Source: Actinomycetes bacterium
Lineage (GTDB): Bacteria; Actinomycetota; Actinomycetes; S36-B12
Length of the DNA stretch: 64,000 bases
Assembly: GCA_024639145.1 (NCBI GenBank)
Contig: JAHEIZ010000006.1
Location: 13,240 to 77,239 of the forward strand
Reading direction: 5' to 3'
Of the stretch, positions 12,688 to 21,818 are shown piece after piece. The notes beneath the pieces are model-generated. The model made no database searches and was not told the DNA's origin. It worked only from the letters and a program-made list of their open reading frames with translations. Each line of letters begins with the position of its first letter. Position 1 is the stretch's first letter. The position numbers were made by a program, and so were the translations under genes.

Positions 12688-13091
12688 GCGCGCGACCACT
12701 CAATCCCAGGGCAGCGGTCCATGATCATCGTCACGCCGGCATCCTCGACGCGCCTCGCCGCGTCGTAGTCGACAACGCCGAGCTGGAACCAGATCGCTCC
12801 CGCGCCGACCACGAGGGCATCGTCAGTGAGTGCGCCCACTCGCTCGGAGTTCACGAACATGTCGACGACATCAGGTGCGCCGTGCACTGCCGCCGCCTCG
12901 GCTATCGAGGCGAAACCCTGCTCGCCATGCACGCTCTCGGCGCGCGGGTGGATCGGGATGACACGCTTGCCATGCGCCACGATGGTGCGCGCGACGGCGT
13001 ACGCGGTGCGGGAGGGGTTGTTGCCGAGACCCACCACGAACCACAGACTCGAGTCATCGAGAACTCCGCGGATGCGCGCAGGCTCGTTCAT
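12684..13091 (-). CDS. CoA-binding domain protein (YccU-like)
   Basis: WFVVGLGNNPSRTAYAVA...GKRVIPIHP... The start was trimmed to the ATG at 13091, which forms an ATGA overlap with the ugd stop. Confidence 0.75.
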   Translation of the reverse strand: MNEPARIRGVLDDSSLWFVVGLGNNPSRTAYAVARTIVAHGKRVIPIHPRAESVHGEQGFASIAEAAAVHGAPDVVDMFVNSERVGALTDDALVVGAGAIWFQLGVVDYDAARRVEDAGVTMIMDRCPGIEWSRA

Positions 13092-14401
13092 GCAGTCGGG
13101 CGGCCCAGGGCGCGGTAGGTCCAGCCGGCCGCACGCCACTTCGCGGGGTCGAGGGTGTTACGCGCGTCGATGACGTGAAGTGACGTGGCCACGGCGGCGG
13201 CCTTCGCGGGGTCGAGCTCGCGGTACTCGCGCCACTCGGTCAGATGCAGCACGAGTTCGGCGTCGGCAAGTGCCGTCATGACATCTTGCTCATAGCCCAG
13301 TTTCGGGTAGATGCGTGCGGCGTTGGCCAGTGCCTTCGGGTCGTGCACGGTGACATTTCCGCCCTCGTTGTGGATCGTTGCCGCCACGGCGAGCGAGGGA
13401 GAGTCGCGCACGTCGTCGCTGTCGGGCTTGAATGCGGCGCCGAGCACGACGACCTTCTTGCCATCGAAACTTCCACCGACCGCGGCGCGGGCGAGATCGA
13501 CAGTATGCGCGCGGCGACGGAGATTGATCTGGTCGACCTCGCGCAGGAAGGTCAGGGCCTCCTCGGCACCAATCTCGCCGGCGCGCGCCATGAAAGCGCG
13601 AATGTCCTTGGGCAGGCAGCCGCCACCGAAGCCGAGACCGGCCGCGAGGAAGCGATTGCCGATGCGCGGGTCATAGCCGATGGCCTCAGCGAGCTTGGTG
13701 ACATCGGCGCCCGCGGCCTCGCACACCTCGGCCATGGCGTTGATGAAGGAGATCTTCGTCGCGAGGAAGGAGTTAGCGGCGACCTTGACGAGCTCGGCTG
13801 TCGGGAAGTCGGTGACGAGGAAGGGAATGCCCTCAGCCAGCAGCGGCGCGTACACCTCGCGCAGGAGCTGCTCACTGCGCTCGGAGCGCACGCCGACCAC
13901 TAGGCGATCGGGGTGCAAGGTGTCCTCGACAGCGAAGCCCTCACGCAGGAACTCGGGGTTCCAGGCCACCTCGACTCCTTCGACGGACGCGAGGTTCGCG
14001 GCGATGGTGTCAGCGGTACCCACGGGTACCGTCGACTTGCCGACCACGAGATCGCCGGGCTTCAGGTGCGGGGTCAGGGCGGTAATCGAGCCGAAGACCT
14101 GGGTCATGTCGGCGGCGTGCGAGCCGGCCTGCTGCGGGGTGCCCACGCAGATGAAGTGCACGTCGGCGAACGCGCCGGCTTCCTCGAAGCTGGTGGTGAA
14201 ACGGAGGCGGCCCGCCTCGATGTTGCGGGCGAGTACCTCATCGAGGCCAGGCTCATAGAACGGCACTCGGCCGCTGCGCAGCAGCTCCACCTTGGCGGGG
14301 TCGACGTCGACGCCGATCACCTCGAAACCGAGCTCGGCCATGCATGCGGCATGGGTCGCGCCGAGGTAGCCGGTACCGATGACAGAAAGACGTGGGGCCA
14401 T
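13088..14401 (-). CDS. ugd: UDP-glucose 6-dehydrogenase
   Basis: 437 aa with an N-terminal GTGYLG Rossmann motif and a GFGGGCLPKD catalytic Cys motif. Confidence 0.9.
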   Translation of the reverse strand: MAPRLSVIGTGYLGATHAACMAELGFEVIGVDVDPAKVELLRSGRVPFYEPGLDEVLARNIEAGRLRFTTSFEEAGAFADVHFICVGTPQQAGSHAADMTQVFGSITALTPHLKPGDLVVGKSTVPVGTADTIAANLASVEGVEVAWNPEFLREGFAVEDTLHPDRLVVGVRSERSEQLLREVYAPLLAEGIPFLVTDFPTAELVKVAANSFLATKISFINAMAEVCEAAGADVTKLAEAIGYDPRIGNRFLAAGLGFGGGCLPKDIRAFMARAGEIGAEEALTFLREVDQINLRRRAHTVDLARAAVGGSFDGKKVVVLGAAFKPDSDDVRDSPSLAVAATIHNEGGNVTVHDPKALANAARIYPKLGYEQDVMTALADAELVLHLTEWREYRELDPAKAAAVATSLHVIDARNTLDPAKWRAAGWTYRALGRPTA

Positions 14402-14476
14402 GCCAGAAGGCTAGTGGGGAGCAGGCTGGGAGCCGAACCTCTACGCTGGGTCCGTATCTGTGGTGTCTGACAAGTT

Positions 14477-15664
14477 TTGAGGAGCATCGTGGGCCTGGCC
14501 GCCAATCCGGACTTCACCCTTTTCGCCCTGCCGGAGGAGCATCAGGCCCTCCGCGAGGCGGTGGCACAGTTCGCCGATGAGAAGGTGGCCCCCTTCGCGG
14601 CCGAGATCGACGAGACCGGAGTCTTCTCGCGAGAGGTGTACGACTCTCTCGTGGCGGCCGACCTCCACGCCATCCACATCCCCGAGCAGTTCGGCGGCCA
14701 GGGCGGCGACGCTCTCGCTGCCTGCCTGGTGATCGAGGAGCTCTCTCGAGTATGCGCCTCGACCGGCCTGCTTCCCGCAGTGAACAAGCTCGGCACCTTG
14801 CCGCTGATGATCGCTGCCGATGACAATCTGCTGCAGCGCTACCTGCCTCAGGTGGCGTCCGGTGAGGCGATGTTCTCGTACGCACTCAGCGAGCGCGAGG
14901 CCGGAAGCGACGCCGCGTCGATGAAGACACGGGCCGTGGCAGATGGCGATGCCTGGGTGCTCAATGGCCAGAAGAGCTGGATCAGCAACGCGGGCGAGTC
15001 GACCTACTACACGGTCATGGCTGTCACTGATCCGTCAGCGGGCGCGCGTGGCATCTCGGCATTCGTCATTCATGCTGATGACGAGGGCTTCTCCCTCGGC
15101 ACGCCGGAGCGCAAGCTCGGCATCCATGGGTCGCCGACCCGCGAGATCCTGTTCGACAATTGCCGCATCCCTGCTAATCGCATCGTGGGGGAGCCGGGTA
15201 CTGGTTTCAAGACGGCCATGAGCACCCTCGACCACACTCGCATCACGATCGGTGCGCAGGCACTGGGCATCGCGCAGGGGGCGCTGAACGTGGCGACGGC
15301 CTATGCCAAGGATCGTCAGCAGTTCGGCAAGTCAATCTCGTCCTTCCAGGCGATTCAGTTCATGCTCGCTGACATGGCGATGAAGGTCGAGGCCGCACGT
15401 CAGCTCGTCTACGCCGCTGCTGCCAAGAGCGAGCGTGGCGATGCCGATCTCACCTTCTTCGGTGCCGCGGCCAAGTGCTTCGCCTCGGATGTCGCGATGG
15501 AGGTCACCACCGACGCCGTGCAGGTGCTCGGCGGCGCCGGTTACACCCGCGATTGGCCGGTCGAGCGCTACATGCGCGATGCCAAGATCACCCAGATCTA
15601 CGAGGGCACCAATCAGGTCCAGCGAATCGTCATGGCCAAGCAGTTGCTCTCCCGCCTGAACTAA
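14477..15664 (+). CDS. fadE: acyl-CoA dehydrogenase
   Basis: 395 aa with full-length ACAD similarity (...YALSEREAGSDA..., C-terminal QIYEGTNQVQR). The true start may be the GTG at 14489, just after GAGGAG. Confidence 0.9.
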   Translation: MRSIVGLAANPDFTLFALPEEHQALREAVAQFADEKVAPFAAEIDETGVFSREVYDSLVAADLHAIHIPEQFGGQGGDALAACLVIEELSRVCASTGLLPAVNKLGTLPLMIAADDNLLQRYLPQVASGEAMFSYALSEREAGSDAASMKTRAVADGDAWVLNGQKSWISNAGESTYYTVMAVTDPSAGARGISAFVIHADDEGFSLGTPERKLGIHGSPTREILFDNCRIPANRIVGEPGTGFKTAMSTLDHTRITIGAQALGIAQGALNVATAYAKDRQQFGKSISSFQAIQFMLADMAMKVEAARQLVYAAAAKSERGDADLTFFGAAAKCFASDVAMEVTTDAVQVLGGAGYTRDWPVERYMRDAKITQIYEGTNQVQRIVMAKQLLSRLN

Positions 15665-15687
15665 GTGCCCGCCGTTACAGTGAACCT

Positions 15688-17151
15688 GTGACTGGGCACC
15701 CATCGACGCCGCCTGCCTGGCCGGCAGGGGTCCGAGTCCGCCAGAAGGGCTCGCGATGGCGAATCGACCTCCCGGGCGTCCACTCACTCCAGGAGGCCAC
15801 CGGCCTTGCGGCAGGTGCAGGGCACGTGCGCGAACTCGAGGTGCGTCTCGGTACCTGGAAGTCGCCGAAGGGCTGGTCGGGTACGCCGGAGCTCGCCGAG
15901 GTTGCTGCCCTGGAGTTCAAGCCCAAGGGTGATGGTGTGCGACTTCGCCTCGCCTTCGCCCCCGATGTCGATGCCTCGGTCGCGCTGGGCGCCGCAGTGC
16001 GCGTCCTGCGTCCGAGTCTTCCGCTGAATCACTTCGCGAGCGTCGCCGTCGGGCACGGCGGTTCTCGCCTCGCTGCGCTGGCCGCTTGCGTGAACGCCGC
16101 CCCCGGTCGAGATGCCGACCTCGTGCTCGAGGGCGCCGACTGGGATGTCGACCCCACCATTCATCGACCGGTGGGCCGACGCTCGGATCTCGTACCGAAG
16201 GTGATCACGATGCCTGCATTCGATTCCGAGCTCACCGCCGTCGACGTCGCAGGACTGCGCACGACGACGGGAGTGATCACACCGTCGGTCGATTGCCGTC
16301 TGCGGCACCAGCTGGAGGCCTGCGGCGTGCTCGTCGCAGCTTCACGAGAAGGGCTTCCGAAGGACGACGATCAGATCGGATGGCAGGTGGCATCCCTCGC
16401 CGCTCGCCGGCATGCCCTGCGCTCCCAGACTCCTGCCGCGCGGCTCAACGACTGGCCATCGGTATCCGCGGTGCTCCTCACTCATCGAGGTGACTTCCTC
16501 GATCACGCATTACGCCAGCTCGCAGGCATCAGGTATCCGCGAATCGAGATCGTGCTGGCGATTCACGGCAATGCGGTCTCTGATGAGCAGGTGCAGAGCG
16601 CGGTCGCGCAGCACCCACACTCGGTGCGGGTTATTCGAATCGACTCTGACGTCATCTTCGGCACCGCAATGCAGATGGCGTGCGATGCATCTGACGGGCA
16701 GCTCATCACCAAGATCGACGATGACGACTTCTACGGCCCTGAGCATGTCTGGGATCTCGTGCTCGCTCGGATGTACTCCGGAGCGCAGGTCACGGGCAAG
16801 TCACTCGACTGGATTCGAGTCGAGTCAGCCGATCTGACGGTCTTTCGTCCCACGTATGCGGCAGAGAAGTACGCGGATTTCGTCGCGGGGGGCACGATGC
16901 TGATGTCACGAGCGGATCTCGCTGACATCGGCGGCTGGCTTCCGGTGGCCAAGCACATCGATCGCGCACTTCTCGATGCCTTCCTCGCGGACGGCGCGCT
17001 CGTGTACCGCACGACCGGGCTCGGGTACGTGTACGTGCGCCACGGCAGTGGGCACACGGCGCAGGTGAGCGATGAGCACTTCCTGACCAAGAATGCCGCA
17101 CGCTGGTCGGGCCTGATCAGGCACGAGGAATTCGGCACCGCCCATGGGTAG
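15688..17151 (+). CDS. glycosyltransferase family 2 protein with a roughly 300-aa N-terminal region of unknown function
   Basis: The C-terminal half has GT2 hallmarks (VSAVLLTH..., KIDDDDFYGPEH). The track ORF was trimmed to the first in-frame GTG after the fadE stop, so the start is uncertain. Confidence 0.65.
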   Translation: MTGHPSTPPAWPAGVRVRQKGSRWRIDLPGVHSLQEATGLAAGAGHVRELEVRLGTWKSPKGWSGTPELAEVAALEFKPKGDGVRLRLAFAPDVDASVALGAAVRVLRPSLPLNHFASVAVGHGGSRLAALAACVNAAPGRDADLVLEGADWDVDPTIHRPVGRRSDLVPKVITMPAFDSELTAVDVAGLRTTTGVITPSVDCRLRHQLEACGVLVAASREGLPKDDDQIGWQVASLAARRHALRSQTPAARLNDWPSVSAVLLTHRGDFLDHALRQLAGIRYPRIEIVLAIHGNAVSDEQVQSAVAQHPHSVRVIRIDSDVIFGTAMQMACDASDGQLITKIDDDDFYGPEHVWDLVLARMYSGAQVTGKSLDWIRVESADLTVFRPTYAAEKYADFVAGGTMLMSRADLADIGGWLPVAKHIDRALLDAFLADGALVYRTTGLGYVYVRHGSGHTAQVSDEHFLTKNAARWSGLIRHEEFGTAHG

Positions 17152-18148
17152 CACGCCCCCGGTCACCGTGATCATGCCGATCCTGAATGAGGAGCTCCAC
17201 CTCGTCGACTCGGTGAACCGCATCCTGGCCCAGGAGTACGAGGGAGAACTCGATGTCGTGCTTGCTGTTGGGCCATCGAAGGATCGCACTCGCGAGGTGG
17301 CCGAAGAACTTCAGCGCACCAGCGATCGTGTCACTGTCGTCGACAATCCCACGGGTCGCACGCCTGCCGGTCTGAATGCGGCGATCGCTGCCGCCACGGG
17401 TGAGGTTATCGTGCGCGTTGATGGCCACGCGATGATCCCGTCTGAATACGTGGCGATCGCAGTAGAGACCCTGGAGCGCACCGGAGCCGACAACGTCGGC
17501 GGCATCATGGCAGCCGAGGGAGTCACGCCATTCGGCATCGCGGTGGCTCGGGCGATGACCTCCACGTTCGGGGTCGGCGGTGCCTCCTTCCACGTGGGCG
17601 GTGGCGAGGGTCCGGCACTCACCGTCTACCTCGGCACTTTCCGTCGAAGCGCGCTTGATCGCGTGGGCGGGTATGACGAGACCATGGTGCGTGCACAGGA
17701 CTGGGAGATGAACCTGCGCATTCGCGAGACCGGTGGCCTGATCTGGTTCACTCCGGCGATGCTCGTCACGTATCGCCCGCGCGCCTCGGTCAGGTCACTT
17801 GCTCGCCAGTATCACGATTACGGTCGCTGGCGTCGCGAGGTCGTGCGTCGTCATCCCGACACGCTCTCGTTGCGCTACCTCGCCGCACCGGTGGCCGTCG
17901 CGGCCATCGCGGTCGGCCTGGTGCTGCTCGTGCTGGGTCTGGCCGTCGGCCAGCAATGGCTGGCGCTCCTCGGTCTGATCCCTCCTGTCGGCTACCTGCT
18001 CGCAAATCTTCTCGCGAGCCTGGTCAGTGCGATGGGTACGCCGCGGCTTCGACTGCGTTCCGCGCTCTGGCTTCCGATCGTCTACGGCACCATGCACCTG
18101 ACCTGGGGCGCAGGCTTCCTGCGTGGCGGCGCCGGGCGGGATTCCTGA
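17144..18148 (+). CDS. glycosyltransferase family 2, membrane-anchored (C-terminal TM helices)
   Basis: VTVIMPILNEE..., VRVDGH and a DxD-type region, followed by 3-4 hydrophobic helices. It overlaps the upstream gene by 8 nt. Confidence 0.8.
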   Translation: MGSTPPVTVIMPILNEELHLVDSVNRILAQEYEGELDVVLAVGPSKDRTREVAEELQRTSDRVTVVDNPTGRTPAGLNAAIAAATGEVIVRVDGHAMIPSEYVAIAVETLERTGADNVGGIMAAEGVTPFGIAVARAMTSTFGVGGASFHVGGGEGPALTVYLGTFRRSALDRVGGYDETMVRAQDWEMNLRIRETGGLIWFTPAMLVTYRPRASVRSLARQYHDYGRWRREVVRRHPDTLSLRYLAAPVAVAAIAVGLVLLVLGLAVGQQWLALLGLIPPVGYLLANLLASLVSAMGTPRLRLRSALWLPIVYGTMHLTWGAGFLRGGAGRDS

Positions 18149-19065
18149 TGGCGTGGTTCCGGCGTACTCGACCGCTGAGGTGGGCAGTCGTCGTGGCCTC
18201 GCCCAGTGGCGACGCCGGTGATCAATGGGGCGACACATGGTTCGGGCGTGATCTGGTCGATGCGCTTACTCGTCACGGTGAGCAGGCACGACTCGTCTAC
18301 CGAGGCGGCGCGAGCACGGAGGCGCGCGACAAGGATGACGTCGTCCTCGTCCTGCGCGGCTTGCGTCGCGTGACACCCAGACGCGCGGGCAATACCTGGC
18401 TGCTCTGGGTGATCTCGCATCCCGAGCTCGTTGATGAGACTGAGTTCGCGGAGTACGACCGAGTGTTTGCCGCGAGTCCGACCTGGCGCCGTGACAGTGT
18501 CACTGCGCTCCTGCAGGCAACGAACTCTCGGCGCTTCACCCCCAGTGCAGGAGTTCCGGACTCGGGGGAGAGGTACCTGTTCGTCGGATCCACTCGCGGC
18601 GAGTACCGCGCGATCGTCCGCGATGCCATCGCCGCGGGCGTCCCGCTGGGCGTGCACGGCGTCGGCTGGAGCGAGTTCATCGATGCAGAGTTCATTCGCG
18701 GTGAATTCCTGACCAATGACGAGGTTCCCGCTGCCTACGCTTCGGCAGGAGTGGTGCTCAACGACCACTGGCCGGAGATGGCTGCGGACGGATTCCTGTC
18801 GAACCGACTCTTCGACGCCGTGGCGGCAGGTGCGCGCGTGATCAGCGATGAGGCCGCCGGCCTGCAGCAGATATTCGGTGACGCAGTGGTCACGTACTCA
18901 ACCGCCGAGCAGCTGCGCAAGATTCTGCATGCACCGCTTGATTCCGCGTTTCCCTCGCGAGAGCGGCGACTCGCGAATGCCGAGCGCATCGCGATCGAGC
19001 ACTCCTTCGATGCCCGCGCCGCGCAGCTCATCGCGACAGCACACGAGATTCGCGGTGCGCGATGA
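18148..19065 (+). CDS. CgeB-like / Glyco_trans_1_2-type glycosyltransferase
   Basis: The start was trimmed to the ATG at 18148 (ATGA overlap with the upstream stop). The C-terminal region is FVGS...YR...GVGW...LNDHW...GFLSNRLFDAVAAGARVISD. Confidence 0.6.
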   Translation: MAWFRRTRPLRWAVVVASPSGDAGDQWGDTWFGRDLVDALTRHGEQARLVYRGGASTEARDKDDVVLVLRGLRRVTPRRAGNTWLLWVISHPELVDETEFAEYDRVFAASPTWRRDSVTALLQATNSRRFTPSAGVPDSGERYLFVGSTRGEYRAIVRDAIAAGVPLGVHGVGWSEFIDAEFIRGEFLTNDEVPAAYASAGVVLNDHWPEMAADGFLSNRLFDAVAAGARVISDEAAGLQQIFGDAVVTYSTAEQLRKILHAPLDSAFPSRERRLANAERIAIEHSFDARAAQLIATAHEIRGAR

Positions 19066-21818
19066 CCGCCACGCCCGAGGTGAGCATTGTTCTGATCACC
19101 TTCAATGACGCGAAACGCCTACCGAAGGCACTTCGCTCGCTGACCCGCCAGACCCTGGCGTCGCTTGAGATCATCGTGGTCGACGATGCATCCACCGACA
19201 ACACGGCCGAGGTCGTAGCGAAAGTAGCCGCGGCCGACCCGCGAGTTCGATACGTGCGTCTCGAGCAGAACTCGGGTGGGTGCAGCAGGCCGCGTAATCG
19301 GGGCATCGCCGAGTCCACCGGTCGCTGGGTCATGTTCTGCGACTCCGACGATGAGTATGAGCGCCACGCCGCGAAGAACCTGCTCCTGGCAGTGGAGGCC
19401 GCGAATGCAGATCTCGGATGCGGAGTAGTCGAGCGCGTGGACTCACGCACCGGCAAGCACGTGCGGTGGCGCGAGGAGTCGCATGAGGCGGCCACGCTGG
19501 ATTCCATCGACGAGAGACTCTCGCTCATCTACGACACGGTGAGTGTCAACAAGATCTATCGCCGCAGCATGCTGATCGACCAGGGGATCCAGTTCCCCGA
19601 GGGAATCCTCTACGAGGATCAGCTGTTCACCATGCAGGCCTTCGTCCGTGCCTCACGCATCGCAGTGATCCCGCAGACCGTGTACTTCTGGAATGTCGAT
19701 CGCGTGAGCGATGAGCTCTCGATCACCCAGCGTCGACGTGAACTGCGCAATGTGAGCAGCCGTATCGCCGTGAACAGGCTGATTGACCAATTTCTCTCAG
19801 AGAACGGTTCTGACGCCCTGCGGGCTGCGAAGGCGTTCAAGTTCCTCTCCCATGATCTCTACCTCTACCTGGCGGTCATCCTCGATGTCGATGACTCCAC
19901 GGCTCGGGCACTCGTCGATGAGCTTCATCCATACGTCTCGACCGTCGATCTCGATGGTGCCGAACGGCTGCGCCCGCTCCTCAAAGTGGCGGTGTATCAC
20001 CTGCTGATGGGAGACATCGAGGGCATTCGACGGTCAATGCGCTTCATCAAGTGGTCCGCCAGTGTCGATGGCACCGTGCAGGTTCGCGACGGACGTGAAT
20101 TGTGGGTCTGCACGAGTGATCACCCTGCTGGCGATGTGGCCGGTCATGCTGCGGATTGGTGGCTCGATGTCACGGTGCAGGGCATCGCTCGAGTCCCGAT
20201 CACGCAGCGGCGGTACTGCCACCAGCTAGCTGACGTGACAGAGGGAACTGTGCTCCTCGGCGGAAGCACGGCTGACTACCTCGACTCGATTGCCGACGTC
20301 GATCGCATCAGCCTGGTGGCACTTTGCGATGGGCGAGTAATCGCTCGCGCCAATGCCGTCCTCGAGCATGTGACGCCATTGCACTGGGAATGGCGCGCGG
20401 TCGAGGAATTGCGGCCGTCGGGGAAGATTGCCATCGGTGATCGCGGACAACTCGCGATCGAGCTGGTGATCGGAGACCTGGTCAACATATCGATCGTCCG
20501 GGCAAGCGACGTGCGCACCGGAACGACCCTGCCTATTCGACTCGGTCTCGCGCGCACCGAAGGACTCCACCTGGAATCCCGCGACTTCGGCGTAGTGGGC
20601 TGGCGAGTAATTCGTCGCTCGCCGATCAGTCTCGCCCGCGCCGGGATTCGCAAGGCGTGGATGAGGCTCCCGGGAGCCAAGGCGGTGGCGTCGGCGCTCA
20701 CGCGCCTTCGTCAGGGTGTGCTTCCGCGCTGGGCAGCGGCTGTAGGCAGTCGACTGTCGGTGACCGAGAGTGCGGTGTTCTCTTGTGATCACGGGCGTCG
20801 GTATGACGGTCATCCTCGAGTGATCAGCGAATACCTCCGCACGGCGGAGCCACGGTTACGTCAGTACTGGATCGATGCTCACGGCAGCCTTGAGATGCCG
20901 GACGACGTGAAGCCGCTGCGCCCCGCCACGATCAGCGGTGCCTGGAATCTGGCTCGCGCCCGTTATTGGATCGATGACTTCGGCATAGATCCGGCCATTC
21001 GAATGAACCCGCGCACCGCCTACCTGCAGACCTGGCACGGCGTGGCCCTCAAGCGAGTCGGCTCTGATGCACCTGATTGGTCGCTCACCCCTGTGCGTAA
21101 GCGTCGCCCCTCCCGCGCGAATCTCTCGCGCTGGAATGCCCTCGTAGCACCGTCCGAGTTCTTCGCCGGGACGACAGCAAGGGCCATTGGATTCGAGGGC
21201 CCGGTCATCGCCGACTGCACGCCATTTGGCGACGCAGTTCTTGCCGCATCGCGGGAGACCAACCTGCGCGCCCGACTGGATCTGCCATCACATCGCATGG
21301 TGGTTGTCTACGCGCCCACGCGTTCCCTCGCGCGCACTGGCGAGTCGAAGCTCGATCTCGAAGCGTGGTGGCGCGCCTTCGGCGATCGCGCCTATCTGCT
21401 GGTGCGCTCGCATCCGTCTGACCCGCTTTCCGTTCCGGCGCGATGGAACAATGCCATCCGGGATATCTCGAACGAGGATGACTATGCCTCGTTCCTCGGC
21501 GCTGCTGATGTGCTCATCACCGACTACAACTCGGCGCTCTTCGACTTCGCCAGGCTGAAGCGTCCGATCGGCTTCCTCGTACCCGACCACGATGAATACG
21601 CGCGTCGCACAGTGGGGCTGTACCTCGATCTCGAGCGCTCTGCTCCCGGGCCGCTGCTGCGCGCTAACGCGGAGTTGCACACCTGGTTCGAGGAGGTTCT
21701 GAGTGGCACGGATCCCATTCCGCCTCAGCGCCGCACTGACTTCATCTCGATGTTCGCAGGGCAAACCGATGGCACGGGGGCTGCCCGGGCATTCGCGGCC
21801 CTGAGGGAGCTCGCATGA
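19062..21818 (+). CDS. bifunctional GT2 glycosyltransferase / CDP-glycerol glycerophosphotransferase (TagF/TarF-like)
   Basis: 918 aa with an N-terminal GT2 region (VSIVLITFND..., VDDASTD, CDSDDEY) and a C-terminal TagF-like region (YLQTWHGVALKRVG..., ITDYNSALFDF). ATGA overlap upstream. Confidence 0.8.
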   Translation: MTATPEVSIVLITFNDAKRLPKALRSLTRQTLASLEIIVVDDASTDNTAEVVAKVAAADPRVRYVRLEQNSGGCSRPRNRGIAESTGRWVMFCDSDDEYERHAAKNLLLAVEAANADLGCGVVERVDSRTGKHVRWREESHEAATLDSIDERLSLIYDTVSVNKIYRRSMLIDQGIQFPEGILYEDQLFTMQAFVRASRIAVIPQTVYFWNVDRVSDELSITQRRRELRNVSSRIAVNRLIDQFLSENGSDALRAAKAFKFLSHDLYLYLAVILDVDDSTARALVDELHPYVSTVDLDGAERLRPLLKVAVYHLLMGDIEGIRRSMRFIKWSASVDGTVQVRDGRELWVCTSDHPAGDVAGHAADWWLDVTVQGIARVPITQRRYCHQLADVTEGTVLLGGSTADYLDSIADVDRISLVALCDGRVIARANAVLEHVTPLHWEWRAVEELRPSGKIAIGDRGQLAIELVIGDLVNISIVRASDVRTGTTLPIRLGLARTEGLHLESRDFGVVGWRVIRRSPISLARAGIRKAWMRLPGAKAVASALTRLRQGVLPRWAAAVGSRLSVTESAVFSCDHGRRYDGHPRVISEYLRTAEPRLRQYWIDAHGSLEMPDDVKPLRPATISGAWNLARARYWIDDFGIDPAIRMNPRTAYLQTWHGVALKRVGSDAPDWSLTPVRKRRPSRANLSRWNALVAPSEFFAGTTARAIGFEGPVIADCTPFGDAVLAASRETNLRARLDLPSHRMVVVYAPTRSLARTGESKLDLEAWWRAFGDRAYLLVRSHPSDPLSVPARWNNAIRDISNEDDYASFLGAADVLITDYNSALFDFARLKRPIGFLVPDHDEYARRTVGLYLDLERSAPGPLLRANAELHTWFEEVLSGTDPIPPQRRTDFISMFAGQTDGTGAARAFAALRELA

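Noticed and set aside
15475-15687. N-terminal extensions of track ORFs that overlap upstream genes (15475, 17956, 10861, 24530, 53732, 31741, 35623, 37292, 37075, 44466, 48558, 48576, 56745, 6684, 13139, 62355)
   Set aside because: The extensions overlap well-supported neighbouring CDS or lack family similarity. Internal ATG/GTG starts give canonical N-termini, signal peptides, SD sequences or ATGA/GTGA coupling, so the trimmed coordinates were reported instead.
15806-16027. 73-aa ORF preceded by AGGAGG (15790-15795) inside the first glycosyltransferase gene
   Set aside because: It is out of frame with the long GT2 ORF, its product is an Arg/Ser/Pro-rich string, and the TTG start is 10 nt from the SD-like hexamer. 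I treat it as chance.
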